Shown piece after piece: positions 1 to 14,510 of a DNA stretch of 64,000 nucleotides. The stretch is taken from contig OX597817.1 of NCBI GenBank assembly GCA_951406725.2, forward strand, positions 92,442,001-92,506,000. Reading direction: 5' to 3'. Every line of letters begins with the position of its first letter. Positions within the stretch are counted from its first letter, which is position 1. The translations under genes and the position numbers were made by a program. The notes below the pieces were generated by a model. The model saw only the letters and a list, made by a program, of their open reading frames with translations, did no database searches and was not told the origin of the DNA. Source of the stretch: Octopus vulgaris (Eukaryota).

Positions 1-318
1 GCCTCAAGAAGTCTCTAACATCATGTCATATTAACCACCAATGCTGGTCAGACATGGCTGCGGACCGTGATGTCTGGTGCCACACAATTCAACGAGACAT
101 GATGATATAAGTGAAATTTTTTCTCTCCGTCTAGTACCCCTATATCTCAGTCTACATTTGCTCTACATAGACATATACCTTTTTGGAATCAAGATGATCC
201 CAGGATTGAAAATCTGGCCTTCATTTGGTTCTTGAACATCCAGCATTGAGATTTGATATAAGAGCATTTGGGTTGCTAAGAGTTACCTCCCTTAGCTATA
301 ATATTAAATAGATAATAA

Positions 319-1584
319 TCGGGTCATCCCGTAAGTTCTGTCCGATTTTACCTTTTTTAAAATTGAATGAAAGTTAATAGTTTTTTAGAATGCCTAATGG
401 AATTTAAAATTATTTGTGTACATTTAAACTAATTAAATATTATTTTACAGAATAATAGAATTAAAATTTCTTTGATTAAAACCCTTCCTATCATGGAAGT
501 ATCCAAAGAGCACATAATGCTTTATGAGTACAAAAAAGGAAACTCTGCCGCCGAAGTGACTCGAAACATACACTCAGTTATGGGAAAGAATGCTTGAATG
601 AAAGAACTTGCAGAAGATGGTTTGCAAAATTCAGAAGTGGAGATTTCAGTCTTGAAGATAAAGATCGAACAGGACGTCCAGTTGAGTTTAATGATAAGCT
701 CCTTGAGGCATTACTTGAAGAAAATCCTGCATTATCAGTTGAAAAATTAGCAATAAAGCTTAGTTCAAACCATACAACTGTTCATCGTTATCTTCAACAA
801 GTTGGAAAGATTCCTAAGCTTGGAAAATGGGTGCCTCATGAATTGTCCGAAAGCAACCGCAAATTCCGAGTTGACATCTGCTCTTCTCTCCATTCTCGCG
901 AACTCATTTCATCCTTTTTGGATAGACTTGTGACTAGTAACAGAAAATGGATCTTCTATCAAAATGTTAAACGTTGTAAACAGTGGCTTAGTAAAAGGGA
1001 AAAAGCTCAACCACAACCGAGAAGGGAACTTAATGGGAAAAAGGTTCTTCTCTCTATCTGGTGGGATTGCAAAAGAGTAATTCACTTTAAATTGTTACCA
1101 TCTAATGCAACAATCGATGCTCAAGTCTACTGTCGGCAATTAGAGCATTTGAACTAAGCTTTGAAGAAAAAAAGACCCGCTTTAGTGAATTGAAAAGGTG
1201 TGATGTTTCATCAGGGCAATGCGCAATCCCACACTGCAAAGATCCCATCACAGAAGATTGAAGAGCTTGGTTGGGAAAAAATTCCTCATCTACCTTATTC
1301 TCCCAACTTTGCTCCTTCAGACTACCATTTGTTTCGTAGTTTACAGAATCATTTGTGGGGACATAACTTTCGCAAGCCAGGAGGAGGTCGAAACTGACAT
1401 TTCAAAGTTCTTTGTTTTGAAACCAAAAGAGTTTTACAATGATGGGATTAAATAGCTTGTAAATAGATGTAAGGAAGTCATAGATAATCAAGGAAAGTAC
1501 ATTGAGGATTAAATTTCAATTAAATATAACATTTGATCACTTGTCTTTATTCAAAATTCAGACAGAACTTATGGGATGACCTGA
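319..1584 (+). mobile_element. Full-length degenerate mariner (DD34D) transposon in an intron of the HECW gene
   Basis: ~30 bp TIRs (tcgggtcatcccgtaagttctgtccgatttt at 319-349; inverse at ~1553-1584, followed by TA). Transposase from ATG 493 to ~1512 is broken by frameshifts and stops. Motifs WVPHEL and YSPNFAPSDYHLF are present; the first two catalytic Asp are mutated (TSNRKW, HQGNA). Confidence 0.93.
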
Positions 1585-1743
1585 TAGTTAAAGTATTTTT
1601 TGCAAAAACTTTTAAATTCAAGGCTAAGTTCCTTCTTGAATTCAGTTATGCTATGTTTTTATGTTCTGAGTTTAAAGTTTAGCCTAGCTTCATTTTGCTT
1701 TTCATCCTACCAATACTTGTCTGTGTGATCATATAATCATATA

Positions 1744-2135
1744 CAGTAATCAACTGCATATCGCAGGTTACCTATCACACCCTCATTACATCACGGATTC
1801 TTCTGGCTAATATATGTAAATTTATATTGCAGACTCCTCAGTATATCACAGGTTTCTGTGGTAAAATAAGCGTTTTCACACCTAAAAATTAATAAATTAA
1901 TGCATGAAAATACAGTACAGTACTGTATGACACATTAACTAAAATATATTAAAAGAAAATGTGTAGTGTACCATAAGCGAATATTGGTGTTGTTTTGTAT
2001 TTATAATAAAGTAAATATATGCAAATTATAAAAATGATTAAAAAAATATATACAGTACTATTTTTACTTCACGGATTTTCACCTATCATGGCAGGGTTTT
2101 GAAATGTAACATCTGCGGTAGCCAAGGAATTACTG
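1744..2135. mobile_element. Degenerate Tigger/pogo-like MITE
   Basis: TA|cagtaat ... attactg|TA termini with decayed subterminal inverted repeats. Confidence 0.55.
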
Positions 2136-2702
2136 TATCTGTAAACTAGGAGTGGAACCTGTTTATTAGTTAGACTTGAGCAAGCAGTCATGTGCCTTCT
2201 CCATAAGTGATATGTTTGTACATATGTAGTACTGTATTAATATGCAGTGTCTGTCAAATAAAGATGTCTTGTTAGCTAATGTATGCTGTAAAATAAGAAA
2301 GAAACTAGAGGACTAAATACTTTGGTGGGATTTAATTATATTGTTGTACATTCTGAATTTAAAGTAGTCTCTCATTCAGGAGTCAGCTTTGCCTTTCATC
2401 AGTCCTGGATTGATAAAATGGGTATCAATATTTGCCTTATCAATATCATATAGAAGCTGATTTTAATATACTACAAACATAATTTTTTGTTATTTGCTAA
2501 TTGTGTGTGTGGGTGTGTGCATGCACACAGTGAAATGGCAAAGAGAGAGAGAGTGTGTGTGTATGTATGTGTGTGTGCTGGATAAATAACAGTTATGTGC
2601 CAATGTAGATTCTATCCAGTCTTCCTACACTTCAAGCCTCTTTCACTTTGTGTTACGATTAAAATATTATTTCCTAACAGGCTGTTTATTTCTTCTGTGC
2701 AG

Positions 2703-2817
2703 GTGATTGACCATCGTTTAGTTTCTGCTTTTGATGCCCGGGAACTGGAACTTGTAATTGCTGGAACAGTAGAAATTGATATTAATGACTGGAGGAAAAA
2801 CACTGAGTATCGTTCAG
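2703..2817 (+). CDS. HECW2: HECW1/2-like HECT E3 ubiquitin ligase, internal exon ([39 protein letters not shown])
   Basis: cag acceptor at 2700-2702 and GT donor at 2818. Peptide closely matches the recalled HECW1/2 HECT sequence ([24 protein letters not shown]). Phase 1 end fits the next exon. Confidence 0.93.
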
Positions 2818-3045
2818 GTAGGAGTTAACTCTTGTTAATATTTTGTTGTTATCATTGTTATTTGATGTGTTCCATTCCACCAGTTATGTGGCTGAAATAC
2901 AGTGTACAGTGATATCACCAAATTTGCACTATGTACCTGAAAAGAAAGCTCGCATTTGGAGAATTCATAAGCAAAGCAATGATCTTAAGTTCAACCTGCT
3001 ACACCACACTATCATGTTTTGCGCCGTATGGTCACCACCTTATAT

Positions 3046-4139
3046 AGTGTAACGGCTAGAGTAAGAATAGCCTGGGCAAAGTTTAGGGAGCTCTTACCTC
3101 TGCTGGTGACTAAAGGCCTCTCGCTCAGAGTAAAAGGCAGACTGTATGATGCATGTGTACGAACAGCCATGCTACATGGCAGCGAAACATGGGCCGTGAC
3201 TGCTGAGGACATGCGTAAGCTCGCGAGAAATGAAGCCAGTATGCTCCGATGGATGTGTAATGTCAGTGTGCATGCTCGACAGAGCGTTAGTACCCTGAGA
3301 GAAATGTTAGACCTAAGGAGCATCAGTTGTGGTGTGCAAGAGAGACGATTGCGCTGGTATGGTCATGTGACGAGAATGGATGAAGATAGGTGTGTGAAAA
3401 AGTGCCAATCCCTAGCAGTGGAGGGAACCCGTGGAAGAGGTAGACCCAGGAAAACTTGGGGCGAAGTGGTGAAGCACGACCTTCGAACTTTAGGTCTCAC
3501 TGAGAAAATGACCAGCCACCGAGACCTTTGGAAATATGCTGTGCGTGAAAAGACCAGGCAGGACAAGTGAGTCCAGCCCACTTATGCATGCCTTTCCTCC
3601 CTTGGACACACAAAGACCTGTTGAGGCAAGCGAAGTCAATATCGAACCTCATCCGATGACAGGCACCTGTTGTGGCAAGTGAAATCGGAATCGAAATTGA
3701 ACCAATCCTATGACTGGCACCTGGCAGATGCCAGGACCCCTGGACTGGAGATACGTAAAAAGCACTATCCGAATCGTGGCTGTTGCCAGCGCCGCCTCGA
3801 CTGGCTTCCGTGTCGGTGGCACGTAAAAAGCACCATCTGAATCGTGGCCGAAGCCAGTGCCGTCTCGACTGGCTTCCATGCAGGTGGCACGTAAAATGCA
3901 CCAATCCGACCGTGGCCGATGCCAGCCTCGCCTGGCACCAGTGCAGGTGGCACGTAAAAAGCACCCACTACACTCACAGAGTGGTTGGCGTTAGGAAGGG
4001 CATCCAGCTGTAGAAACATTGCCAGATAAGACCGGAGCCTGGTGCAGCCTTCTGGCTTCCCAGATCCCTGGTCGAACCGTCCAACCCATGCTAGCATGGA
4101 GAACGGACATTAAACGATGATGATGATGATGATGATGAT
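3046..4139 (+). mobile_element. 5'-truncated RTE-clade LINE, copy 1 (ORF C-terminus, tandem-repeat 3' UTR, (GAT)n tail)
   Basis: ORF 3019-3570 with KGRLYDACVRTAMLHGSETW, RRLRWYGHV and RGRGRPRKTW; ends in (gat)n. Confidence 0.92.
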
Positions 4140-4540
4140 TCATCTTTAAGTCTCAGTCAGGGTTTTCGTGCTGGTAAGGAACCAATGATCTGATATTTTC
4201 AGCTCCTGAGCTAAAAGAAAAATGCATTGAGCTGTCTCACTGTACCATTGACTTCACTAATACTTTTGATTCAGTGACTCATTATGCGCTATTGCCAATA
4301 CTCAGAAAAGCTCATTGTCCTAATAAATTTATGACTGTTATCATATCCTTTCATGATGAGATCAAATGTGGCAAATGCTGTAACTCATTTTTCAATTAAT
4401 GTTATTGTAAATCAAGGTGATATAACTTCTCCTTCTCCTCTGTTTGCTATATATTTCACAAAAGTTGTTTTGCAATCACTTTCAAAGACTGCCATGAGGG
4501 TATTTGTATACTTCACCATATGATAGGTAAGATATTGAAC
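4140..4540 (+). mobile_element. Older RTE/BovB-like reverse transcriptase fragment
   Basis: Translates with breaks to GFRAGKGTNDLIFSA..LKEKCIE..IDFTNTFDSV..ILRKAHCPNKF..SFHDE..VNQG. Confidence 0.65.
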
Positions 4541-4909
4541 CCCAAACTTGATTCTAAATACATACATAACTGCCTCCCTTGTCCATCTCTCTCTATCTAC
4601 CTTTCTTTTCAGTTAACTTTTTAAACACATAATAAGTATTCCTTTCCCACTTCATCGCACATCATTAACACTTCTCTCTCCCTCTTTTTCTCTCATTCTT
4701 TGCCTCTACCTTCAGCTGACCTCATGACCATTTGGCCTAAGTGTATTAATATTGATCACTTTTCTCTACTTTTCGTCCCTCTCTCACTCTCACTCCACCT
4801 AACTAATGTATAACAGGCAAATAAACAAGCAGATTATTATATAGATTATTGTAATAAAATAAACCATATTGTTAAATATAGTTCTCTATAGATACATTTT
4901 ATTTTCTAG

Positions 4910-4995
4910 GTTACCATGACCAACATCTTGTTATTCAGTGGTTTTGGGCAGCAATTGAAAAATTTGATAATGAAAGAAGGTTACGCCTTTTACAG
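4910..4995 (+). CDS. HECW2: HECW-like exon ([29 protein letters not shown])
   Basis: ttttctag acceptor and gtaagt donor; HECT C-lobe motif WFW..RLRLLQ; phases match both neighbours. Confidence 0.95.
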
Positions 4996-5906
4996 GTAAG
5001 TATTTATCATTGTTGTTATTTAATTCCATTTTTCAGCAAAATTTTTTTTAAATCACTTATTCTCATGATAAAATTAAACCATTGATACAGGTCCAAATAG
5101 ATCTATAATCATATGTCACTTGTTTACTCCAGGTTAGCCCTAATCCTGTAGACTTATTAATAAAGTCATGACTATCTTCCCTAAGGTATCTAAGACTATC
5201 AAATATATCCTTTTCTGTATGGTGATACCATATGATTTGACTGAGATTTGGTAACTAGTTCTTGCACTTTGGTAATACTCCAGAAAAACAGATTTCCATA
5301 TACCTCTGCTGAAGTTATTTTTTTTTTTACCTTTTTAGAATCACATCTGTCCATCGATTAATTGGAACCAATTTACAGTGTGATATTTGATGTTATGATA
5401 TATAACAATGAGATTCAGTTGTTCAACACTTGGTCACATGGTCAGCAGCTTAGAACAAATAAATGTGTTGCACCTTTTGGATAGGCCTCATTCTGTTTGC
5501 CCGACAAACTGATACTGCTCACCTTTCACAGTTGAGTAAATAATAACAGAAAGCAGTATCCAGATGCAAAACAATTTTCTCCAAAATTCCAAACTTTTAC
5601 TGCCATGATAAGATGCACCCAGAATACTCTGCAAAGTGATCAGCATTTAGAAGGGCATCTAGCCATAGAAACCATACTAGAAATGGAATGTATGAGTCCC
5701 CTAACTTGTCTAGGATGTCATTAACTCCAAATAAGAAATGACTGAGATCAGACAGTGATGACCTCAACTGTTGCTAGTATGGATAGCAGACATATGATGG
5801 TGTAATAGTAGTGGGGTGGATTAATTGCAGTAGCCTACCTTGTCTTTTTTTTTTTTTTGTTATTAGGATGTGAAGCAGTAGAACGATACCTCCTGCATCA
5901 ACATAA

Positions 5907-6137
<231 letters not shown>

Positions 6138-6877
6138 TAAGACATATCTATTAAATACAAGATATCTACTTAACATCAATCCAATATTAAATAGTTGCCT
6201 GATATTAGAGTAGTTGGTTATGCTTGGTGCTTTTTTGTTAAGTTGGAGTGAACTACTCACCATATGGTCAAATAAGTGCTAACCTTGCCACTGCGTCCAT
6301 TCTGTTGTGTTCCTGAACAAGGCATCCTGACATTATTTGTTCCATTTAATATGGCTAATAAAATCATGCTCCATTCCTACTTCCTACAGATTGCAAGATG
6401 AACATTTATTCAGCTTTTGAAATAACTATTGTGCAACTGAATATTTTCAGTATGTAAGCCACAAGAAAGATTTTAGTTTTATTGGTCACTGTTGAAGAAA
6501 CAGTGATGAAGTAATACACCAGTTGTTGCTTTGGAAGCCTAATTATAGCAAAAGGTGTAAAGAACATCACTTTATCTACATTGGATAACTGATACAAATC
6601 ACTGGGATAAAATTGAATTGCTATGGATAATTGACCATGCCCACTGGAATTCACTTTTTGGGAGCATCTAAGCTTCTTGACAATGACACTTATTGAGCTT
6701 TACAAATTAATGATTATTGATCAAAGATGAAAGCTGAAAATAATATGTTAGAACTGTAGAAATATGAGAGAAAGTTAATAAGCAAGATGTTTGAGGAAGT
6801 TTTGCTATTATCAAAAGTTTCTGTTGTTGTAAATTATTTGGTGGTTTTATTCACAGAGTTAATGTCTTCTATTTTGA

Positions 6878-7006
<129 letters not shown>

Positions 7007-7444
7007 AGCAACTTACCTTGAGTCATTTGATGATGATGTTTGATAATGATGATGATGGTGAGGAGGAAGAGGAGGAGGAGTCTGATAGCAGTAGCAATAC
7101 CTAGTTATCTGTTTAAGGCAGCAGCAATACAGCAGCTCTATGTATCAACACCAGTTGTCCATATGTGTTGCTATAACAGTGAAACTATCTGCAATTGCCT
7201 GCTAGCCATGTCTCTGGCCAAATGCCACTGCTATTTTGCAGGAATTCTCTCACACAACACATGTACATTATACACTCACTTACCTGTGCATACACACACA
7301 CACACACACACTATACATTATATATATAAATATACATATATATGTGAAAGGAAACTGACAAAATATAACTACATTGTTGCCTTGAAACTATGTAGTATAG
7401 TAGTTTAACTAGATTTATTGATATGTGCATAAATAACATACTAA

Positions 7445-7506
<62 letters not shown>

Positions 7507-10500
7507 ATATATATATGTTCCCAATTGGTTTGAAGTACAAATCAAACTAAGGTTTCTTGTAATCCAGCGTGCATCGCATAAATTTACTTTGATGCACTGT
7601 AGCATATTTCTGTGATATGAGATGGATGTTGGAGACAGATATTTTGCTAGTTGCCTACATTGATAAAAGAAGTATGTGAGAAAAAGCATTGCATTGCAAG
7701 CAGCCTTATCCTACACTGGCTTAACAGAAATACTTCTATTGTCTTTGACATTGCTGCTGTCTAGAAGCATTTCTTCCACACTAAGAATTTCTCTGATGTC
7801 CCACCCCCACCCCCTTGCATTGTCACATAAATGGGAGATCAGTAACCTGTGATGGAAAAAAAAATGAAGAGAAAAAAAAATGATCAAATTTGCTGTGTAA
7901 TGATCGTAGCTTTGGGCTCAGTTAACAGAGAAGACAAATCTCTCTCTTTCTCTTTTTTTCTCCCCTCCCCATATCTGTCTAACTATCTTTCTGTCTACCA
8001 GTCAGTTATCTATTTAAGTGTGTTTCAGAAAAGGGAAATGTCACTGGACTATAAAGATACTTGATTTAACATACATACTTTTATACCAAGACACACAGTC
8101 ATATATATATATGCACACATGTATATATTTGTGTGTGTGTATATATATAAATATATGAATACACACGCTTACATATAAATTATATGTACATACACACATA
8201 TTTATATACATAAATAAACACATACATATGTATGTGTTTATTTACATCACCATCTCACTTATATGAAAGTCATGACATTTGTGCAGTGTACCTGTTGACT
8301 CTTCTCCAGTCAGTATCCCCTCAGCTTTAAAATTGCGTGGAATAAGAGATTCCTTACTTGGAAAGAGGTAAGGGTTAGTGTCAGGAAAGGTTTCCAGCTG
8401 TAAAACAAATGCCTCCTTAACATATTCATCTAACCCGTGCTAGCATGGAAAGAACATATAAAGACAAACAGAAAATGTGTATGTGATTAGTACTTGTGTG
8501 TGTGTTATATATACACACATACACTATACACATGCACATGCACACACACATATTGCATATATATAATTTTGTTTTGAGTATTTCTTTTTCTTGTAGTTAT
8601 CATGATAGGCCTCCTTTTTCTCTGTCAGGATTTAAAAAAATTAAAATATCAAATTAATTATCAAAATTGGAAAAGTAATTGCAATGATGATAGGCTGGCC
8701 AGTAGGTATCTTATCTGATTACCTGTTATGTTATAGACTCTTTATACTAACCAGTGAAAAAAAATGTTAGGACAGATTCCTTTAACAAACAAGAGAAGCA
8801 AAATCTTGCATCATTTTAGTCAGTTTTGTTCCGATTTTCCAAATTGATATATGATAAATATTTAAATATATTAAAATAAATTAGGCCTATTTATTTACAA
8901 AATTCCAGTTTTACTTCTCTGCTGACTCACTTCATCTTGGGAAAAAAAAATTGTTAGCAAATCACCCACTCTCTTTTTTTTTTTTGAGGGATGGGAAGGT
9001 CACAACAGGAAAGAATATTCTGTTACTTTTTTTATTTATTTTTTTTTGTCCTATTTTTATTGTCTTGCCATGTCAGCAATCAGAATTCTCTCATTAAGGG
9101 ACAGTCAGTGTTTACAGTGCTTCCTAATCTAAACATCAGGTACAATCTTCCGGCATTTCATTGCCTTGCCCCCACTCCCTATTCTCCGGCTCTATCTTGA
9201 AAGGTTGGTTCCTCCACTCTCAAATACTCAACAAAATCAGTGTGAGAGGAGAGTAATAGAGGTTCCCTATTGTGTTGATTATATATATATATATATATAT
9301 GATATACATTGATCTATCACTGGAACATGGGTATAAATTGGTGAAACTGGTTGTATCATTTGCTTATATATATTCATTAGAGATACAAAGTTTTATTTAT
9401 ATTACTCTACACAAACAAACACATACACACACACACGATATCATAACAATTTGTTAGGTTTATTTTTTACTCAATTATCTCCCTGCTTATTTTCTGATAT
9501 ATAACTATAAATTTTATATATATATATATCATGTATATGTGTGTCTGTGTGTATAATGGATATATAAATATATATATACACACACACACATACACACACT
9601 TGTGTGTGAGTTACAAATGTGTGTTTGTGTATATACACATACACATGTACATATCTTTTATCAGTTAATTTTTACTATTGATATTGGCTTTATTAGTGAT
9701 TGCTCATTAACTTCACGTGTTTTCACATGAAGCCTATGCCTTCAAGTGAAACTACTTGTATATGAGCCTTTCAAAAAACAGTTTTATAAAGTATGTTGCT
9801 GATAACATGAAGTGAACACATCATAGCATTTGTTGCTGCTTTAGAGAAAAAAAATGGTATTTCATTCCAATGTAGTGTGTGGCTGTGATTTGAATGGAAC
9901 CTACAATGTTATATTCCATTTTAAACCCCCCTTACAACACTACTGCAATTATCTTCAGTTTGCTTTAAAAGATACTTAAATTATTGTTATGAATATGTTT
10001 ATTGTTACTGCCGAAAGTCTGTTTCTTCAGTTACCGCCAGAGAGAAACCATAGGAACATTTTGTGATGATGTTTCATTGATTTCGAAGTCATTTCTGATG
10101 TACAATTTTGAAGGTTGTTGTAATGGTCTGTGCAAAAACAAACACATCACCACAAGAGAAACCCCAGCCCACCTCCCAAAAGAAAAAGAAAGAAAAAAGT
10201 AAAACAATACACAAAGACAATGGCTTTCAGAAACTCTTTGCTGTTTTTTCCCTAATTTGCAAGTTGTTCTTATCTTAATTAGTGGACAATCACAACAGAT
10301 TAATTTATATCTCATTGGAATGTATAATCAGAAAATTTTAATTAATAGAGAGAAAGAAAGAGAGAGAGCTTGGCTTATATACTTTGTTTTATAAAACAAA
10401 TCATACACAACAGCACTTGAATATACAAACATTACTTTTCTTTTTTATACATACCCGTTCCCATTTTGAGGGGAAAATTCAGATGTATATGCACACACAC

Positions 10501-11120
10501 ACATAAACATATCCATACATAATATGAGAATTATTTGCAGCAAATACAAAGTGTGCTTTCACATATCCAGATATGCTGTGATCTGTTAGAATTTTTTAGG
10601 GGGCAGGGTGTTATGTCAGATTCTAAAATATATATCACAAACACATTACACATAGACACACACTTCCCCCACTTCATTGTTTTATAACTTTCAGTAGTGG
10701 TTTATTATCCCTTTAGCATTCATGATACTAATAATGTTAAATACGCTGGTGTATTTATATAGAAATTATAATTAATTGGAGAAAAGTAGTTTGGTACCAA
10801 GGCTGGGTATGATATGGTTTAGTCTTTAATAGTGGCTTCAGTTTAGCCAGTTTGAATGCTAAAGGGTTAGGGTTAATTTTATAATCATACAAATGGCCCT
10901 TAAATGGATGAAAGCTTTTGTTTTTTTTATTCCATTGCTTTATCCTTAGCTTAGTGATGTTATGTCTTCTCCCCACCGAAATAAGCAGCATTCTTCATTT
11001 GAGGTATCATTTCAATTTATTCTATTCAAAACACGAGAAAAATAAATATATAAATAAATGAATAAATGGCAAAAAGAAAAAACTCTAAATGGAGATTCTC
11101 TCAGACAATAAAAAAATAAA
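7007..11120 (+). other. Probable long 3' UTR of the HECW gene
   Basis: Nearly TE-free AT-rich stretch after the stop codon, ending in a cluster of AATAAA hexamers at ~11041-11120 followed by U-rich sequence. Confidence 0.55.
10709..10866. mobile_element. piggyBac-type MITE
   Basis: Perfect 14 bp TIRs ccctttagcattca/tgaatgctaaaggg, flanked by TTAT/TTAG (decayed TTAA). Confidence 0.75.
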
Positions 11121-11749
11121 TAATTTATTTTACAAAGTAGTTAAAAACAACCACAAAACAAAACACATTTTGTCTCACTTTTAATTTATTTGTACATTGA
11201 AACTTTTCCCACTCTGCTATATTTTATATTGCCTACAAATGGCATAACCATTAAAACTTACCCAAACTTTCAATGTTTTTTTTTCTTTTCTGTTTATTAA
11301 TAATTTTAATTGTTGTTCTTGTTATTTTTTAAATTCATTATTTAATCTTACAGTTTATTATCTTCTGTTTATTTTTATGTATATTCTTTTCAATTTCATA
11401 ATTCTCAGATTGGTATTTGTAGTACATTTCTGTAAGAGTAAGGACACAAATATATCTGTATCAGTACACACGCACACCTTTTATTTTCTCAATGAAATAT
11501 AGTATCTATTCTTTTCAATATAGCAAATTTATTCACAGCTTAATTATTGATATATGATCAGGAGATAGAAGCTTGTTATAATGAAGATGATGCTGATTGT
11601 GGTGATGATGATGATGACTTAAAAAGAAATATTACGATTCTTATAATGAATAACACATAAAATAAAATATTTAAATCAGTTCATTGAAGACCCTGGATGA
11701 CATTTATCAGAAGTATGCTTAACTTGAGAATATATTCTTTGTAATAATA

Positions 11750-12410
11750 ACACTAATAATTGTTTCTAATTTAAGCACAAGACCAGCAGTTTTCAAGATT
11801 GGATGTTCATTGAAACCATTGACTCCAGTATTAGTTTGGTACATTATATTATCAATGCCAAAATGATGAAAAGTGAAATTAACCTCAACTGGATTTGAAC
11901 TCAAAACAGAGAGAAACAAACAAGATTATACAATGCATATTTCCTGATACTTTAACAATTCTGCCTATCCACCAGCCTAATAATAATAATAATAATAATA
12001 ATAATAGTAGTAGTAGTAGTCCTTTCTACTTGAGGCACAAGGCCTCAGATTTGTGGGGAGGGGTCTAGTCAATTACATCGACCCCAGTGTTTCACTGGTA
12101 CTTAATTTATCAGCTCCAAAAGGATGAAACTCAGAATGTAGTGATGGATGGAATACCACTAAGTATGCTAACGATTCTGCCAGCTCACTGCTTTGATAAG
12201 AGTAATGATGGTGATGATTTCAAATTTTTGGCACAAAGCCAGCAAGATCGGGGAGGGGATAAGTCACATCAAACCCAGTGTTCAACTGGTACTTTAAGAA
12301 TGAAAGGTAATTAACTTTGGCAAAATTTGAACACAGAACGTGAAGCCAGAGGAAATGCAGCTAAGCATTTTGCCCAGCATTAATGATTCTGCTAGATTGC
12401 TGTCTTAAAT
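11750..12410 (-). mobile_element. Three tandem degenerate tRNA-derived SINEs (ggcggcgagctggcagaatc family)
   Basis: Reverse-strand homology to the copies at 47428-48070; B-box-like gagttcaaat; (taa)n spacers. Confidence 0.75.
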
Positions 12411-12464
12411 AACAATAATATTATTTAAGATCTATTCTGTGCATGTGTGTGCTTGTGTGTATCA

Positions 12465-12719
12465 CATTGGCACTCCATCAGTTACGACGAGGGTTACAGT
12501 TGATCCAATCAACATTATACTCAGGCAGATTCAGCATGACACAGAATGTAACAAGGCTGGCCCTTTGAAATATAGGTACTACTCATTTTTGCCAGCTGAG
12601 TGAACTGAAGCAACATGAAATAAAGTGTCTTGCTCAAGGACATAACATGTACCAGGAATGAAACTCATGGCCCTACAATCATGAGCTGAATACCTGAACC
12701 AATAAGCCACATGCCTTCA

Positions 12720-12720
<1 letters not shown>
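12465..12720 (-). mobile_element. tRNA-derived SINE
   Basis: Head shared with 29950-30110 and tail shared with 47225-47290. Confidence 0.7.
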
Positions 12721-12758
<38 letters not shown>

Positions 12759-13261
12759 TCACACACATCTGTGTGATAAAGAAGTCTGCTTTGCAAACAT
12801 GTTACTTCTGTCTCAGTCCACTGTGTAGTACAGTGGAAAAATACCTTGCATTTTGGCCTTATGATCAAAATTTTGTAGACAGAAACTATACTGAAGCCTG
12901 TCATATATAAATATATACAGATGAGTAGTTACATAAAAATTCTATATTTATACATGCAAATCTACATGACAGACCTCCATATTACTTTCTATCTACCAAA
13001 TTATATATGTATAACATATACACATGCAGAATCCATCTGTATACATACATGTTGTTATTGTCAGTCTCCATTGGCTGCAGACATATAACCTCTTTTCAAA
13101 CTGAGGTTATATGTGCGTGGCCTGATGAGACATCTATAATATATTTGTATGTATATGTGTAAACATGCAAAGTCACTGGTGCTCAAGCATGAATGCAAAT
13201 CATGGCTAAAAAAAAAGAATGTATGTATATATATATATGTGTGTATGTTTATATATGTATT

Positions 13262-13580
13262 GTAGGCATGACTGTGTGGTAAGAATCTTGCTTCCTAACC
13301 ACATGGCTCTGAGTTCAGTCCCACTGCATGGCACCTTGGGCAAGTGCTTTCTACTGTAGCCCCAGGCCGACCAAAGCCTTGTGAGTGGATTTGGTAGACA
13401 GAAACTGAAAGAACCCCATCTATGTTCCTGTAACCTAGCAGTTCAGCAAATGAGAATAGGTGCTAGGTTTAGCAAAAAAAAAAAAGAATCAAGTACTGGG
13501 ATCGATCCATTCAACTAAAAATTCTTCAAGGTCCCCAGCATGACCTCAGTCTAATGACTGAAACAAGTAAAAGATAAAAG
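13262..13580 (+). mobile_element. tRNA-derived SINE (tggctgtgtggtaagaagcttgct family)
   Basis: A-box/B-box-like head; tail gactgaaacaagtaaaag; multiple copies in the window. Confidence 0.85.
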
Positions 13581-13699
13581 CTATGAATATACATATGCGT
13601 TTGTATATATATAAATAGATAGATACACGTTTGTATGTATGTATATATATATACATATACGCAGCGCTATGCGTGTGGCAAGTTTTCTACGGCCGGATG

Positions 13700-13729
<30 letters not shown>

Positions 13730-13733
<4 letters not shown>

Positions 13734-14510
13734 CAGAAGATACGAGAATTATTAATCACTACAATTGTTTTGACACATCTAGCATCGATCCCTCATGGCT
13801 GGGATACTTAACAACTGGTTCAGGATCATCCAATGGAGCAGATGTGTCTCTTTGGGTGATAAATAGTTATAACTCATTAAAATAACAGTTCTGCTATGTA
13901 TCTTCTCATTTCGTGTAAAGAAAAGCAACAAATTAAAGGATACAACTTCATTAACATAGAAAATCAATAATAAAATAACATGCAAAAAAGAAATAAATGT
14001 GCAATACAGTGAAAAATGTATTAAAAATAACCAATAGATATGGATGTATAAATGCCCTCATATAAGTTGTATGACACATGTACACTTGCTCATGCAAGCA
14101 TCCAAGAAGACGCAATTGTATGCACGTGTGGTTTTACACACATGCATTCACATAGCAAGTTAAATAGCTACTTGGTGTTTATATTAATGGGGAGGCTAGA
14201 GCTAAACTTAATTCATCCATACCTTAAGGTAAATTACATTAACAGTTACTCAAATTCATTCCCACTGCATTATGCAAAAGTACACATGCATGTAGGCATA
14301 TTGAGAGTCTTTCAGGAATTCTATTAATGATCTCATGGTCCGCAGAATAGACTGGGATTCCTCGGAGCAGAGTTGACATCTGGAAACAATATTATATGGT
14401 TTTGCGTGCCTTACTATAGACCAAGTTATGTTATACTTTATTTGATCTTCCTTAAGTCGCCACACAAAATCGGCCAAAGATGTTGAATGTCTCTTATTGA
14501 TTTTCTTGTA
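13730..14510 (-). mobile_element. 3' fragment of a Naiad-like Penelope element
   Basis: GIY-YIG C-terminal part (VWRLKE..NITWSIVRHAKPY..RCQLCSEE); bounded by (TA)n; decayed hammerhead near the 3' end. Confidence 0.75.
13755..13860 (-). ncRNA. Decayed type I hammerhead ribozyme
   Basis: Minus strand reads atcac-CCAAAGA-gacacatct..agatgtgtc-AAAA-c-aatt-g-TA-gtgat: stems I, II and III pair, but the core is mutated. Confidence 0.6.

Noticed and set aside
3749-3966. CRISPR-like repeat-spacer appearance
   Set aside because: The spacers are homologous to each other, the array is part of an RTE 3' UTR in a eukaryote, and there are no cas genes.
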